From an uncultured Gemmatimonadota bacterium (GTDB lineage Bacteria; SM23-81; DAOVCL01), in NCBI GenBank assembly GCA_964626665.1, contig CAZVGK010000009.1:24321-88320 (forward strand): DNA of 64,000 bases, read 5' to 3'. The number at the start of each line of letters is the position of its first letter. The first letter of the stretch is position 1. Shown piece after piece: positions 1 to 10,100 of this stretch. A program made the translations under genes and the position numbers. Under the pieces are notes generated by a model. It made no database searches, had not been told where the DNA came from, and saw only the letters and a program-made list of their open reading frames with translations.

Positions 1-2
1 GA

Positions 3-1844
3 CTTTTCTGCGATTCCCTATATGTAATCGGCGCGGAGAGTCTCTCTGGGGTTAGTGTTTGGGCGGAGTGCGATTCCCTGGGACTTGTGGATAGCTTAGC
101 CCCGTTCTATGAGGGGAAAATCTTTGGAAGTTGTGACCTATATGGATTTGACCTCTTACTCAAGGGGTGTGGTTTGGATACATCCATCACAACCCAAGAC
201 ACCTTGGTTGAACTCTTAGTGACCCCTACCGAAAGCGGGTTTATTCAAGTGGTTCTGGCCGATACCGGGTATACAGTTTGGCAGGAGGATGTTCCGGTGA
301 TTGATGTCTATGGGACACTCAGTGGCTATGTTAAGGATGGAAGTAGTCAGGAAGGGTTAGAGGGTGTGGAGGTCACTGGATATGATTCTGAGGAAGATAC
401 CAGCCAGGCTGAACCGAGTTTTCAAGTCGTAAGCAATTCCAGCGGTTTCTATCAGGTCTCTGGAGAGCTTCCCGCCAGGCCCTATGATATCTATTGCTGG
501 GAATTTGGCTATCTCCCTTATGGTGAGACAAAGATGGTGAAGAAGGGGGCCAACAGTTACGATCTTCTCTTAGCTTCTTCTCCACCAGCCAAGATTTGGG
601 GATATGTGAAGGATAGGGATGGCGGTTTACCATTGGATGCTACGATAAAACTTTACCGCTATGACACCAAGGAGCTCTACCAACAGGTGGAGACGGATAC
701 GACCAATGGTGAGTATGAACTAAATGGTTTGCCTTACTTTACATACAAAATCAAGGTTTATGCCTATAATCACATTCCACATAGCGAGATCCTCCTTGTG
801 ACTTCAGAAAATCTCAGACGGGATTTTACGTTGGAAGAGACATCCGGAAATATATTGGTGGTCAACGATGATGATGGGTCAAAGAAAGGGGACTCCAGAT
901 CAAGGACAAGAGTTGATAAAAGCCCACATGGGGCGTCGGCAGATTATATGGCACAGCATTTGGAAGGATTGGGTTACTATGTCGTCTCTGAAGAAGCCGC
1001 TCAAACTGATCCCCTCAACTGGGACGAATACAGCCTGGTTATCTGGTCTGATGGTAGCGATGTAACCCCGGTTGTTGAGGAAGGATATCGGCAAGGGCTT
1101 ATTGATTGGGTTAGCTCTGGTGGGAAGCTATTGATTGAGGGGGGCGAGTTGAGCTATGATGCGGCCTCATATCCTCGTTACCCCGACTTTTGCCAAGATG
1201 TATTACATATCGATTCCTGGGTGGCGGACAGAAGCGGTGATTTAACCCTGGTTGGGGAGTATTCCTCACATCCACTGGTTACCCATCCAAATTCTTTGTC
1301 CAACACCATTCAGTTTAACTTCGGAAACTACGGTGATCAAGATGCGAGTCAGGCCAGGCCAGATGCCTATGTAGTCTATGACTGTGCAAACGAGGAAGGT
1401 AAGGCGGGAGTTCTTGTCTATGAAGATGATTCCCAACAACCACAGATCGTCTTCTATAGCTTTGACCTCCTTGCGGTTGCCGATAGCATTACCAGAAGCG
1501 AGTTGCTGGAAAATACCGTCTTTTATCTTTTGACCGGTGGTGAGGTCTCAGTTCCTCAGCAGGTTATGCGATCTACTCCCAAAAGATACGAGTTGTCTGC
1601 AAATTATCCCAATCCCTTTAACCCAACTACCAGGATAAGGTATACCCTCCCTCGGGAGACGAAAGTGAGGTTGGAGGTGTTCAACATCCTGGGCCAGAAG
1701 GTGACGACCTTAGTTGATCAGTTTCAGGAGCCGGGCTACTATAACATTCTTTGGGATGCTTCTTCATTATCAGGTGGGATATACTTCTCTCGCCTGCAGG
1801 CTGAGGAATTCAACCAGACGAGGAAGATGATTCTTTTAAAGTAA
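3..1844 (+). CDS. Secreted multidomain protein, 5'-truncated by window edge: carboxypeptidase-regulatory-like Ig domains, 'ILVVNDDD' alpha/beta module, T9SS-type CTD
   Basis: Frame is open from base 3 through the called GTG at 87; GTLSGYVKD/AKIWGYVKD Ig-like repeats; C-terminal NYPNPFN...GIYFSRL...KMILLK. Confidence 0.8.
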   Translation, partial: LFCDSLYVIGAESLSGVSVWAECDSLGLVDSLAPFYEGKIFGSCDLYGFDLLLKGCGLDTSITTQDTLVELLVTPTESGFIQVVLADTGYTVWQEDVPVIDVYGTLSGYVKDGSSQEGLEGVEVTGYDSEEDTSQAEPSFQVVSNSSGFYQVSGELPARPYDIYCWEFGYLPYGETKMVKKGANSYDLLLASSPPAKIWGYVKDRDGGLPLDATIKLYRYDTKELYQQVETDTTNGEYELNGLPYFTYKIKVYAYNHIPHSEILLVTSENLRRDFTLEETSGNILVVNDDDGSKKGDSRSRTRVDKSPHGASADYMAQHLEGLGYYVVSEEAAQTDPLNWDEYSLVIWSDGSDVTPVVEEGYRQGLIDWVSSGGKLLIEGGELSYDAASYPRYPDFCQDVLHIDSWVADRSGDLTLVGEYSSHPLVTHPNSLSNTIQFNFGNYGDQDASQARPDAYVVYDCANEEGKAGVLVYEDDSQQPQIVFYSFDLLAVADSITRSELLENTVFYLLTGGEVSVPQQVMRSTPKRYELSANYPNPFNPTTRIRYTLPRETKVRLEVFNILGQKVTTLVDQFQEPGYYNILWDASSLSGGIYFSRLQAEEFNQTRKMILLK

Positions 1845-1850
1845 GGAGAG

Positions 1851-4559
1851 GTGATGGAAAGGGGTTGGATTAAGATATTAAGCTTCTTAGGTCTATTCTT
1901 TCTTTTGGCCATTTTGGGTCGGGAGGGCTTAGCGGCTCAGGAAGTTATCGTCTCCCAAATCAAATTCTCCTCGCCAGAGGAGCTCTCCCGCTTGGTGGAG
2001 ATGGGGTTGGATATTGATGCCGTTCATAAAGGCTATCTTATAGCCTATTTGAGCTCCCAGGAGTTTGACCTGGTCAAGAGTAAAGGGTTTGAGATAGTGG
2101 AGATCCCCAACTATGCCAAGCTTATGGCAGACAGCCTCTGGGAGGCCACGAAGGATACCAAGAACCAGATGGCTGCCTACCACACCTATGAGGAGTTGAC
2201 TGCAGAGCTTGATTCGATTGCTACTGGCCACCCTGATATTTGCCATTTAGAGAGTATAGGGCACTCAGTCCAAGGGAGGGAGCTCTGGTTTATGAAGATC
2301 TCGGATAATGTTGACCAGGAGGAGGATGAGCCAGAGTTCAAGTATATCTCCACTATGCATGGGGACGAGCCAGTGGGGACGGAGTTGCTGATGTATCTGA
2401 TCAATTATCTGGTGGATAATTATGGGACGGACTCCTTAGTCACCCACCTGGTAAACAACACGGAGATATGGATAATGCCCCTGATGAACCCGGATGGGAA
2501 TGCTCTCCATCAGAGGTATAACGCAAATGGGGTGGATTTAAACAGGAACTTCCCGGATCCGATAACCGATTCAACTAACACTCCTGAGGGACGAGAGCTG
2601 GAAACTCAAGCCGTGATGAACTTTTGCTTTGGACAGAGTTCCGTCTCCTCGGTCAACTTTCACACTGGTGCTCTGGTGGTTAACTATCCCTGGGACTGTC
2701 AGTATACCTTAACTCCGGACAATGACCTGTTTATTGAGATCTCCTTAGTTTATTCCAGGCGCAATCCTCCGATGTATAACAGCTCAGAGTTTGACAGTGG
2801 CATCACCAATGGTGCCCAGTGGTATGTCATCCACGGTGGAATGCAGGACTGGAACTACAACTGGTTGGCCTGCAATGAGGTGACCATAGAGCTTTCCAAC
2901 ACAAAGTGGCCCGACGCTTCTACCTTACCCGGATTTTGGGATGACAACCGGGAGGCAATGCTGGCCTATATGGGGCAGTGTCATCGGGGGATAAGGGGAT
3001 TGGTTACAGATGCCATTACTGGCCAGCCATTGGCGGCCACGGTGAGCGTCCCCGAGATTGGTAAGGATGTTTACACCGATCCAGATGTAGGGGATTATCA
3101 TCGGATGCTTCTCCCGGGCATCTATACGGTGCAGTTTTCGGCAGATGGATATGTGCCCCAGACATTCTATAATTTGCAAGTTGTGGCAGATAGCGCAACC
3201 CGTTTAGATGTTCAGCTCTGTCAGCCTTTAGTAGGAACCATCTCCGGAACGGTCACGGATTCGGTTACTGGTCAACCCCTCTATGCCTCAGTAGAAGTTC
3301 TGGATTCCGGCGTAGATCCAGTTTATACTGATTCTTTTACTGGTTACTACTCCGTAAATGTCTATCAGGGGACCTATACGATGAGGGTATCATCCGATGG
3401 ATACAGAACGGTAACCAGGGACAGCGTCGTAGTTACTGAGAGTATAACCGAAAACTTCCAGTTAGTGCCTCTACCGGTTCATTACTACACTCAGTCAACT
3501 CCACTGCCCATACCCGATAATGATGATTGGGTGCAGAGTTACCTCGATGTGCCAGATAGCATCGAGATCGAGGATATAAATGTCTTTCTTAGCGTAACTC
3601 ACTCCTACTTCCCGGATTTAATTATAGACTTAAAATCCCCTCAGGGAACTTCGGTCAGACTTTGGAAGCAAGGTTATGCTCAGCCGGGAACCTTATCCGG
3701 TTGGTTTGATACAGAGATAGAGCCAATAGACAGTATGAGCAACTTCATAGGGGAGAATACCCAGGGCCAATGGGCCTTGTGGCTTAAGGACTGTGCAGGT
3801 GGTGATGTGGGCACACTTAATCTGTGGAAACTGGAGATCTATGGAACAGGTAGCGTTCAGGAAGACAGTGTAGCTCCAGCAGCTATCAGTGATTTATCCG
3901 TTAGTCACATTGATGATACCTCGGCGACCTTGGTGTGGACAGCCCCAGGTGATGATGGAACATCGGGAACGGCAAACATCTATGATCTCCGCTATTCCCT
4001 CACCCCAGTGGGCACTGATACGGTTGGTTGGTGGAATTCAGCTCAGACCGTTTCCGGAGAACCTTCTCCCTCACTATCTGGGATGTCCGATTCTTGCGCT
4101 ATCCATAATCTGCTCCCTGATACCACTTATTACTTCGTAATCAAAACAGCGGATGAAGTACCCAATTGGTCAGGTTTTTCCAATGTGGCCTCAGCCAGGA
4201 CAACAAATGTTGGTATTGGTGATTTAATTGGAGTTTCTGGGTTGCCTGACCACTTTGCTTTATTTCAAAACTATCCCAATCCATTTAATTCAACTACAGC
4301 AATCAGCTATCAGCTATCAGCAATCAACAATCAGTTGTCGGCGGACGGCGAACGGCGGATGGCGATTAGTCTAAAGATTTACAACATTCTGGGGGAGTTG
4401 GTAAGGACTCTGGTGGATGAAGAACAGATGCCTGGTTGCTACTCCATTGTTTGGGATGGAAGGGATAGCAGGGGTGAGGATGTCTCCAGTGGAATATTTT
4501 TCTACCAGCTTAAAACTGGGAGATTTGTAGAGACTCAAAAAATGGTTCTTCTCCGGTAA
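1851..4559 (+). CDS. Secreted M14 zinc carboxypeptidase (CPD/CPT-like) with regulatory Ig domains, proprotein-convertase P-domain, FN3 and CTD
   Basis: Signal peptide; HGDE, RYNANGVDLNRNF, NFHTG, GGMQDW, EVTIEL motifs; P-domain 'DLIIDLKSPQGT...GQWALW...GTLNLWKL'; CTD. Confidence 0.9.
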   Translation: MMERGWIKILSFLGLFFLLAILGREGLAAQEVIVSQIKFSSPEELSRLVEMGLDIDAVHKGYLIAYLSSQEFDLVKSKGFEIVEIPNYAKLMADSLWEATKDTKNQMAAYHTYEELTAELDSIATGHPDICHLESIGHSVQGRELWFMKISDNVDQEEDEPEFKYISTMHGDEPVGTELLMYLINYLVDNYGTDSLVTHLVNNTEIWIMPLMNPDGNALHQRYNANGVDLNRNFPDPITDSTNTPEGRELETQAVMNFCFGQSSVSSVNFHTGALVVNYPWDCQYTLTPDNDLFIEISLVYSRRNPPMYNSSEFDSGITNGAQWYVIHGGMQDWNYNWLACNEVTIELSNTKWPDASTLPGFWDDNREAMLAYMGQCHRGIRGLVTDAITGQPLAATVSVPEIGKDVYTDPDVGDYHRMLLPGIYTVQFSADGYVPQTFYNLQVVADSATRLDVQLCQPLVGTISGTVTDSVTGQPLYASVEVLDSGVDPVYTDSFTGYYSVNVYQGTYTMRVSSDGYRTVTRDSVVVTESITENFQLVPLPVHYYTQSTPLPIPDNDDWVQSYLDVPDSIEIEDINVFLSVTHSYFPDLIIDLKSPQGTSVRLWKQGYAQPGTLSGWFDTEIEPIDSMSNFIGENTQGQWALWLKDCAGGDVGTLNLWKLEIYGTGSVQEDSVAPAAISDLSVSHIDDTSATLVWTAPGDDGTSGTANIYDLRYSLTPVGTDTVGWWNSAQTVSGEPSPSLSGMSDSCAIHNLLPDTTYYFVIKTADEVPNWSGFSNVASARTTNVGIGDLIGVSGLPDHFALFQNYPNPFNSTTAISYQLSAINNQLSADGERRMAISLKIYNILGELVRTLVDEEQMPGCYSIVWDGRDSRGEDVSSGIFFYQLKTGRFVETQKMVLLR

Positions 4560-4608
4560 AAAAGTAGGGAGTAATTGTCCAGACAAATGGAATTGTGTTA
4601 TTTTGACA

Positions 4609-4637
4609 TTGACAAACGAGAAAAATAAGTGTATATT
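4609..4637 (+). promoter_or_regulatory. sigma70-type promoter
   Basis: TTGACA-17 nt-TATATT upstream of AAAGGAG RBS and ATG 4659. Confidence 0.7.
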
Positions 4638-4658
4638 TAAAAGAAAGGAGTGAGAAAA

Positions 4659-6884
4659 ATGCGTTGGAAAATGTCTTTGCTAATCCTATCTCTTTTAGTT
4701 GGTTCCTCGGTGATGGGAACAGAGTTAGAGGAGATAAGGAAGGCTATAAGGGAGAAGGGGGCGAAATGGGAGGCGGCAGATACTTGGATCTCCAAGTTGC
4801 CACCGCAGGAAAGGAAAAGGTTTCTTGGAGACAATTTGGCTGATGATTTCTCAAAAGCCCCAGGCAAAGAGATCAGAGGGACCAAGACCGTTCCTACTGA
4901 ATTTGACTGGAGGACCAAGGATGGCCACTTCTGGATGACTCCAGTAAAAGATCAGGAGAATTGCGGTGCCTGCGTTGCCTTTGGGACAGTAGGAGCTTTG
5001 GAGGCAAATATAAAGATCCGAGCCGACAACTTCTGGATTATGCCCGATCTCTCTGAACAGCATCTCTTCTCTTGTGCAGGAGGTGACTGCGGTTATGGGA
5101 TGTCCGTCTATGCGGGGATGAATTATCTCCTCAATCATGGAACACCAGATGAGGAGTGTCTTCCCTATACTCAGGTGGATGACAATTGCAGTGAAACCTG
5201 CTCTGATTGGGAGGAGAGAGCTCGGGGGGTAAATACCTGGGGATGGACGAGCAAGACCATCGCAAGCATAAAGCAGGCTATCTATGACTATGGACCGGTA
5301 GCCGGCCATTTTGATGTCTACGCCGATTTTTTCTCCTACAATGGTGGCGTATATGAGCATACCTCAGGTGGCTACGAAGGAGGGCACTGTATCACCATAG
5401 TTGGTTGGAGTGACAGCTCCCTATGCTGGATCTGCAAAAATAGTTGGGGACCTGGTTGGGGGGAATACGGCCCCTACCCGGACAGCACCAAAGGTTGGTT
5501 CAGGATTAAGTATGGGGAGTGCGAAATTGAATACAAGAAGGCAGCCTGGATGGTCCCCATTATCAAGGGCCCTGATGGGATGGTCCTCCATGATACCTGT
5601 TTTGGGTTTGTTTTGCTACCGGATTCATCTACCTCTGATACTTTGACTATCTCGAATGTAGGTGATAGTCTAGACTTTTATTTAATTCTTAGTCATTCTC
5701 AGAATTGGCTCACCCTGGATGTGATAGCAGACACTTTATCGCCAGCTGAGAGTGTCAAAGTTGGTTTTGACATTGCTACAACGGGATTGTCCGGAGGAAC
5801 CTATTCTGATACTATTGAGGTGGCTGCCAGTGACTCTGAAGGGGTAGTGCTCTATCGGATGTATGTTCCAGTGCACTTAGAGGTTAGTCCGTTGTTTGTA
5901 AGGGGAGATTACGATGATACCGGTGATTTAGCCATGCCAGATGCTCTTAATCTTCTGCTTTGGAAATATCATCAACCCGGTGGAGTGGCACCTCCCTGTG
6001 AGGACGCTGCCGATTACGATGATGATGGAAACATTGCTATGCCTGATGCTTTGGGATTGCTTCTTTACAAATATCATCAGCCTGGAGGGGTTCCTCCAGC
6101 TCCACCCTATCCTGATTGCGGTTTAGATTTTACTGAAGATGGGCTTGAATGTGCTACTTATACCCATTGTCTGAAAGCCGTTAAATCTATGGTTCTCACT
6201 CCAACAAGTGTGAAAAAGGCGATTAACAGAGTCAAGGTCAAGAATTGTTATGGGGCCAAGGATGGCTTGGTAGTTGTTCCTGTGGAGCTTACTAACAAGG
6301 CTGAGCTGAGAGGATTTGAGTTTACGGTCAACTACGATCCTGCTCTTGTTACTGCGATAGAGGTTAGAGGTGGAGATGGATATGATTTCTTTGCTCCCTG
6401 GATAGATAATGAGGCAGGTAAGGTTACCGTTGGCTGTGTTCCTGATATGAGTATGGAGGAGCCATTTGCGGCTGGTCAGAGGGGAGTAGCTGAGATTGCC
6501 TTTAAGGCCAAGGCTGATGCCGGGTTGAAGCTATCTGATGTGGCCTTGTATGGGTCTAAGGCGGAGGCAGTGGATGCTCGTTGGGTGAATGGGGTAGTGA
6601 AGGCAGGAGCAGGGTTACCTAAGGAGTTTGCCCTCAGCCAGAACTATCCAAATCCCTTCAATCCTGTCACTCAGATCAGGTATGCTCTACCTATGGACTG
6701 CCAGGTGAGGCTAGATATCTACAATGTGGTAGGGCAGAGGGTAGCTATTTTGGTAGATGATCATCAAAAGGCTGGATACAAGGTAGTTAGCTGGAATGCT
6801 CAGGATGTGGCCTCTGGTGTCTATTTCTACAAGCTGACTGCTGGCAATTTCACTTCCATCAGGAAGATGGTCTTACTGAAATAA
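4659..6884 (+). CDS. Secreted papain-like C1A cysteine protease with Ig/BACON-like domain, dockerin-like, cohesin-like and CTD modules
   Basis: FDWR...PVKDQENCGACVAF (Q/C), GGHCI (H), CKNSWG (N); duplicated RGDYDDTG..D / DAADYDDDG..D Ca-loops; VVPVELTN...FEFTVNYDP; start moved to ATG 4659 by RBS. Confidence 0.9.
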   Translation: MRWKMSLLILSLLVGSSVMGTELEEIRKAIREKGAKWEAADTWISKLPPQERKRFLGDNLADDFSKAPGKEIRGTKTVPTEFDWRTKDGHFWMTPVKDQENCGACVAFGTVGALEANIKIRADNFWIMPDLSEQHLFSCAGGDCGYGMSVYAGMNYLLNHGTPDEECLPYTQVDDNCSETCSDWEERARGVNTWGWTSKTIASIKQAIYDYGPVAGHFDVYADFFSYNGGVYEHTSGGYEGGHCITIVGWSDSSLCWICKNSWGPGWGEYGPYPDSTKGWFRIKYGECEIEYKKAAWMVPIIKGPDGMVLHDTCFGFVLLPDSSTSDTLTISNVGDSLDFYLILSHSQNWLTLDVIADTLSPAESVKVGFDIATTGLSGGTYSDTIEVAASDSEGVVLYRMYVPVHLEVSPLFVRGDYDDTGDLAMPDALNLLLWKYHQPGGVAPPCEDAADYDDDGNIAMPDALGLLLYKYHQPGGVPPAPPYPDCGLDFTEDGLECATYTHCLKAVKSMVLTPTSVKKAINRVKVKNCYGAKDGLVVVPVELTNKAELRGFEFTVNYDPALVTAIEVRGGDGYDFFAPWIDNEAGKVTVGCVPDMSMEEPFAAGQRGVAEIAFKAKADAGLKLSDVALYGSKAEAVDARWVNGVVKAGAGLPKEFALSQNYPNPFNPVTQIRYALPMDCQVRLDIYNVVGQRVAILVDDHQKAGYKVVSWNAQDVASGVYFYKLTAGNFTSIRKMVLLK
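6255..6631 (+). repeat. 377-bp exact direct repeat, copy 1 (cohesin-like domain coding block); copy 2 at 12071-12447
   Basis: GCCAAGGATGGCTTGG...AAGGAGTTTGC read identical at both loci. Confidence 0.9.
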
Positions 6885-7156
6885 GGGCGAGCCTACCGAG
6901 GAGAAAACACTTTGGGTTCCTCGTCCGTGAGGACGTAGTTACATTTTTGTGGCTTGTTTTCCTGCAAGACCAATTTGATAAACATCTTCTCAATGCGTGA
7001 TTTCGGCGAATATAAGATTCAAACATTTGTGAGAGAAAAGCAGGAAGTGAGTCAAAGGTGTCCTCTTTGAATCTGGGGGTGATGTTTATAGGATAAAGGT
7101 GGGGTATTGGTCGAGGAGACAAAGACATTTAGCTTTTATATAAGAGAAGGCAAACA

Positions 7157-10100
7157 ATGAAAACAAAGATTCTGTTTGTAGCTTTGATATCGGTTATGCT
7201 TGCCTTACCCTTAGGATTTGGTAAGGTAAATGCACAGCAGTGTGCCGATTCTATGATTGCTTCTAATAGAGAGGGATATACCGGTGATACTGGGATAATT
7301 GTCCCCATTTATGGCAAGGTTTGTGGCCTAGATATAGGGGGGGATTTAGAGGATTTGGATGGGGTTAGTTTCGCCATGCAATATGACACCAGCCTTGTGG
7401 TCTGCGACACTATTTTGTATGATGTAAGTGATCCTGTTTATCCAAGTTTTCACGATAGCATTCCCAATCCCTTCTTTTGGGCCCCTTACATTGACCCTTC
7501 TGGCTATGTTACCGTAGGGCTTGCCTTTGCTATGCTGGGAACACCTGACATACCACCCGGCCGTTATCGTATGTTTGATTTAGTTTTTAAGGTAAAACCG
7601 GGGGCTCCTCCGGGGGTTACACCTTTAGACATTGAAGATGGTGTTGGCGGTATGAGGAATGCTTTTACTTATGTAACCACTGATGTTTATCCCGAATTGA
7701 TAGATGGCGATTTTATTGTTCTACCAGATTCTTTAACCTTAATATTTGACCCCTTGCCTCCATATAGATTGGGTGAAGGGGAAAACCTGGGTGTCGAGGT
7801 TACAGCTATTGATCCTAATCCGACCCATTTTGTTACTCTAAGTGCCGCTGGTTTAATGGAGAACATGAGTTTTCCGGAGACCAGCGATTTCTTTTTTGCA
7901 ACTGGCACCTTCACCTTCTATCCAAACCAGTGCCAGGCGGGTGTATATAATGTTGTGTTTTTTGCCGACTGTGACTTTGGTTGCCATGTAGAAATCCCGG
8001 TAACGATGACCGTGGATAACATCAACCGGACTCCGAGACTCGATGCTGGTCCTGATCGAGCTATTATAGCAGGAGATACTTTGACCTTCACCGTTACTGC
8101 CACCGATCCCGATTACTGGGAATGTGGCGATGATACCCTCACCCTGAATGCCACCAGTCTTCCTGGGGCGGCAACTTTTGTTCAAGACAGCGATACGACA
8201 GGCATATTTAGTTGGGTCCCTGATTTAGCAGATACGGGAGAGTATACCGTTATCTTCTCCGTTGAGGATCTTGCTGGTACTACCGATAGCGAACCAGTAG
8301 AGATTACTGTCTCGCCACACACTCTGGTTATAATGACGATTCCCGATTCTCCTCCGACCACTGTGAATGAAGGATCGGCCTTGATTTTCGATGTTAGAGC
8401 CATTAATTCTTCTTCAGAGCATACGGTGGATCTGTACGCTATTTATTTGCCAGCCAACGCTAACTTTCCTTCTGAAACTGGTGCTGGCTCTGTGCAATCC
8501 ACATTCACTTTTAACCCGAATTACTGTCAGGCAGGGAGTGATAGTGTCGTCTTTGAAGCGCATTGTTCTGGAAATCTTACCACCACTCGTACGGTGTATC
8601 TTACTGTGAACGATATACCCAAGGCTCCAAATATAGAAGCAGGCGGTCCATATAGTGCCAAACCAAATCATCTTTTGACTTTTAGGGTAATGGCAGCCGA
8701 TCCAGACCTGAAATGTGGCGATGAGGCCCTCATTTTAAGCGCCCTTAATCTCCCCGGAGGCGTTACCTTTAGCCAGGATAGCGACACTACGGGAGTTTTC
8801 AATTGGATTCCCGTTGAAGCCGATACGGGATCTTACACGGTTACCTTTATCGTCGATGATCACACGGCACTGGCTGATAGTGATCAGGCTACAATTAAAG
8901 TAGTTGTCTATGACTTTGAAGATGTCACCGATGATGCTTTTGTGGGGGATGAAGGGCGAGGGCATGGAGTGGCCTGGGGTGACTGGGATGGGGATGGGGA
9001 TCTGGATATTTACATTGTGAATTATAACGAGCCCAATGTTCTTTATCGCAACAACGGCGATGGCACCTTTACGAATGTAGCTGCGGCCGCTGGTGTTGCT
9101 CATGCTGGTGCTGGACACGGTTCGGCTTGGGGAGATTTCGACAACGACGGCGATCTTGACCTTTATGTCACCAATGATGGGCCAAACATTCTTTATCGCA
9201 ACAATGGTGATGGTACCTTCACTGATGTTACCAGCACGGCGGGTGTAGGGAACATTGATTGGGGAAGGGGTACCGCCTGGGGCGATTTTGATAACGATGG
9301 TAACTTAGACCTCTACGTTGTTAATAGTTTATCGACTCAAACGAGCGTTCTTTATCGTAACAATGGTGATGGCATCTTCACCGATGTTACCAGCACGGCC
9401 GGTGTCGAGTTTATGGGAAATGGAAGAGGGGTAGCTTGGGGTGACTGCGACTCCGACGGTGATTTGGATCTATATGTAGTAAACCATTGGCCAGGGGGAA
9501 GTGCTCTTTATCGCAACAACGGTGATGGCACCTTTACAAACGTTGCTAGTTCAGCCGGGGTGGGGAACAATGGGTTGGGTACGGGCGTTGCCTGGGGCGA
9601 TTATGACTCAGACGGCCACCTGGATCTCTCTGTCGTGAATTATGGTGGCTACGGAAACTTCCTGTATCGCAACAACGGTGATGGCACTTTCAACGACGTA
9701 ACCGGGACTGCCGGAGTGGGCCTGGTGGATAATGGATATGGTACTGCCTGGGCGGACTATGATTTAGATGCTGACCTCGACCTCTATGTGGTTAACTATC
9801 AAGGAGGGCGAAAAGCTTACGGAATTAACATTCTCTATTCTAACAACGGTGACGAAACTTTCTCTGACGCTACCGAAAGGGCAGGTGTAGGAGATCCTGG
9901 CTACGGATACGGAACCGCTTGGGGTGATTACGACGACGATGGTGATTTGGACCTCTATGTGGTGAACCACGATCAAGCCAATATTCTCTATCAGAATCAG
10001 ACTGACAATGTCGACTTCATTAAGGTGGTAGTTGAGGGTGCAGCATATTTAGGTCCCGGGTTTAGCAATAGAGATGGCATGGGGGCCAAGGTTGAGGTTC

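Noticed and set aside
8960-9990. CRISPR-like periodic repeats (CTTTATCGCAACAACGG...)
   Set aside because: These are degenerate coding FG-GAP repeats inside an open frame; no cas genes.
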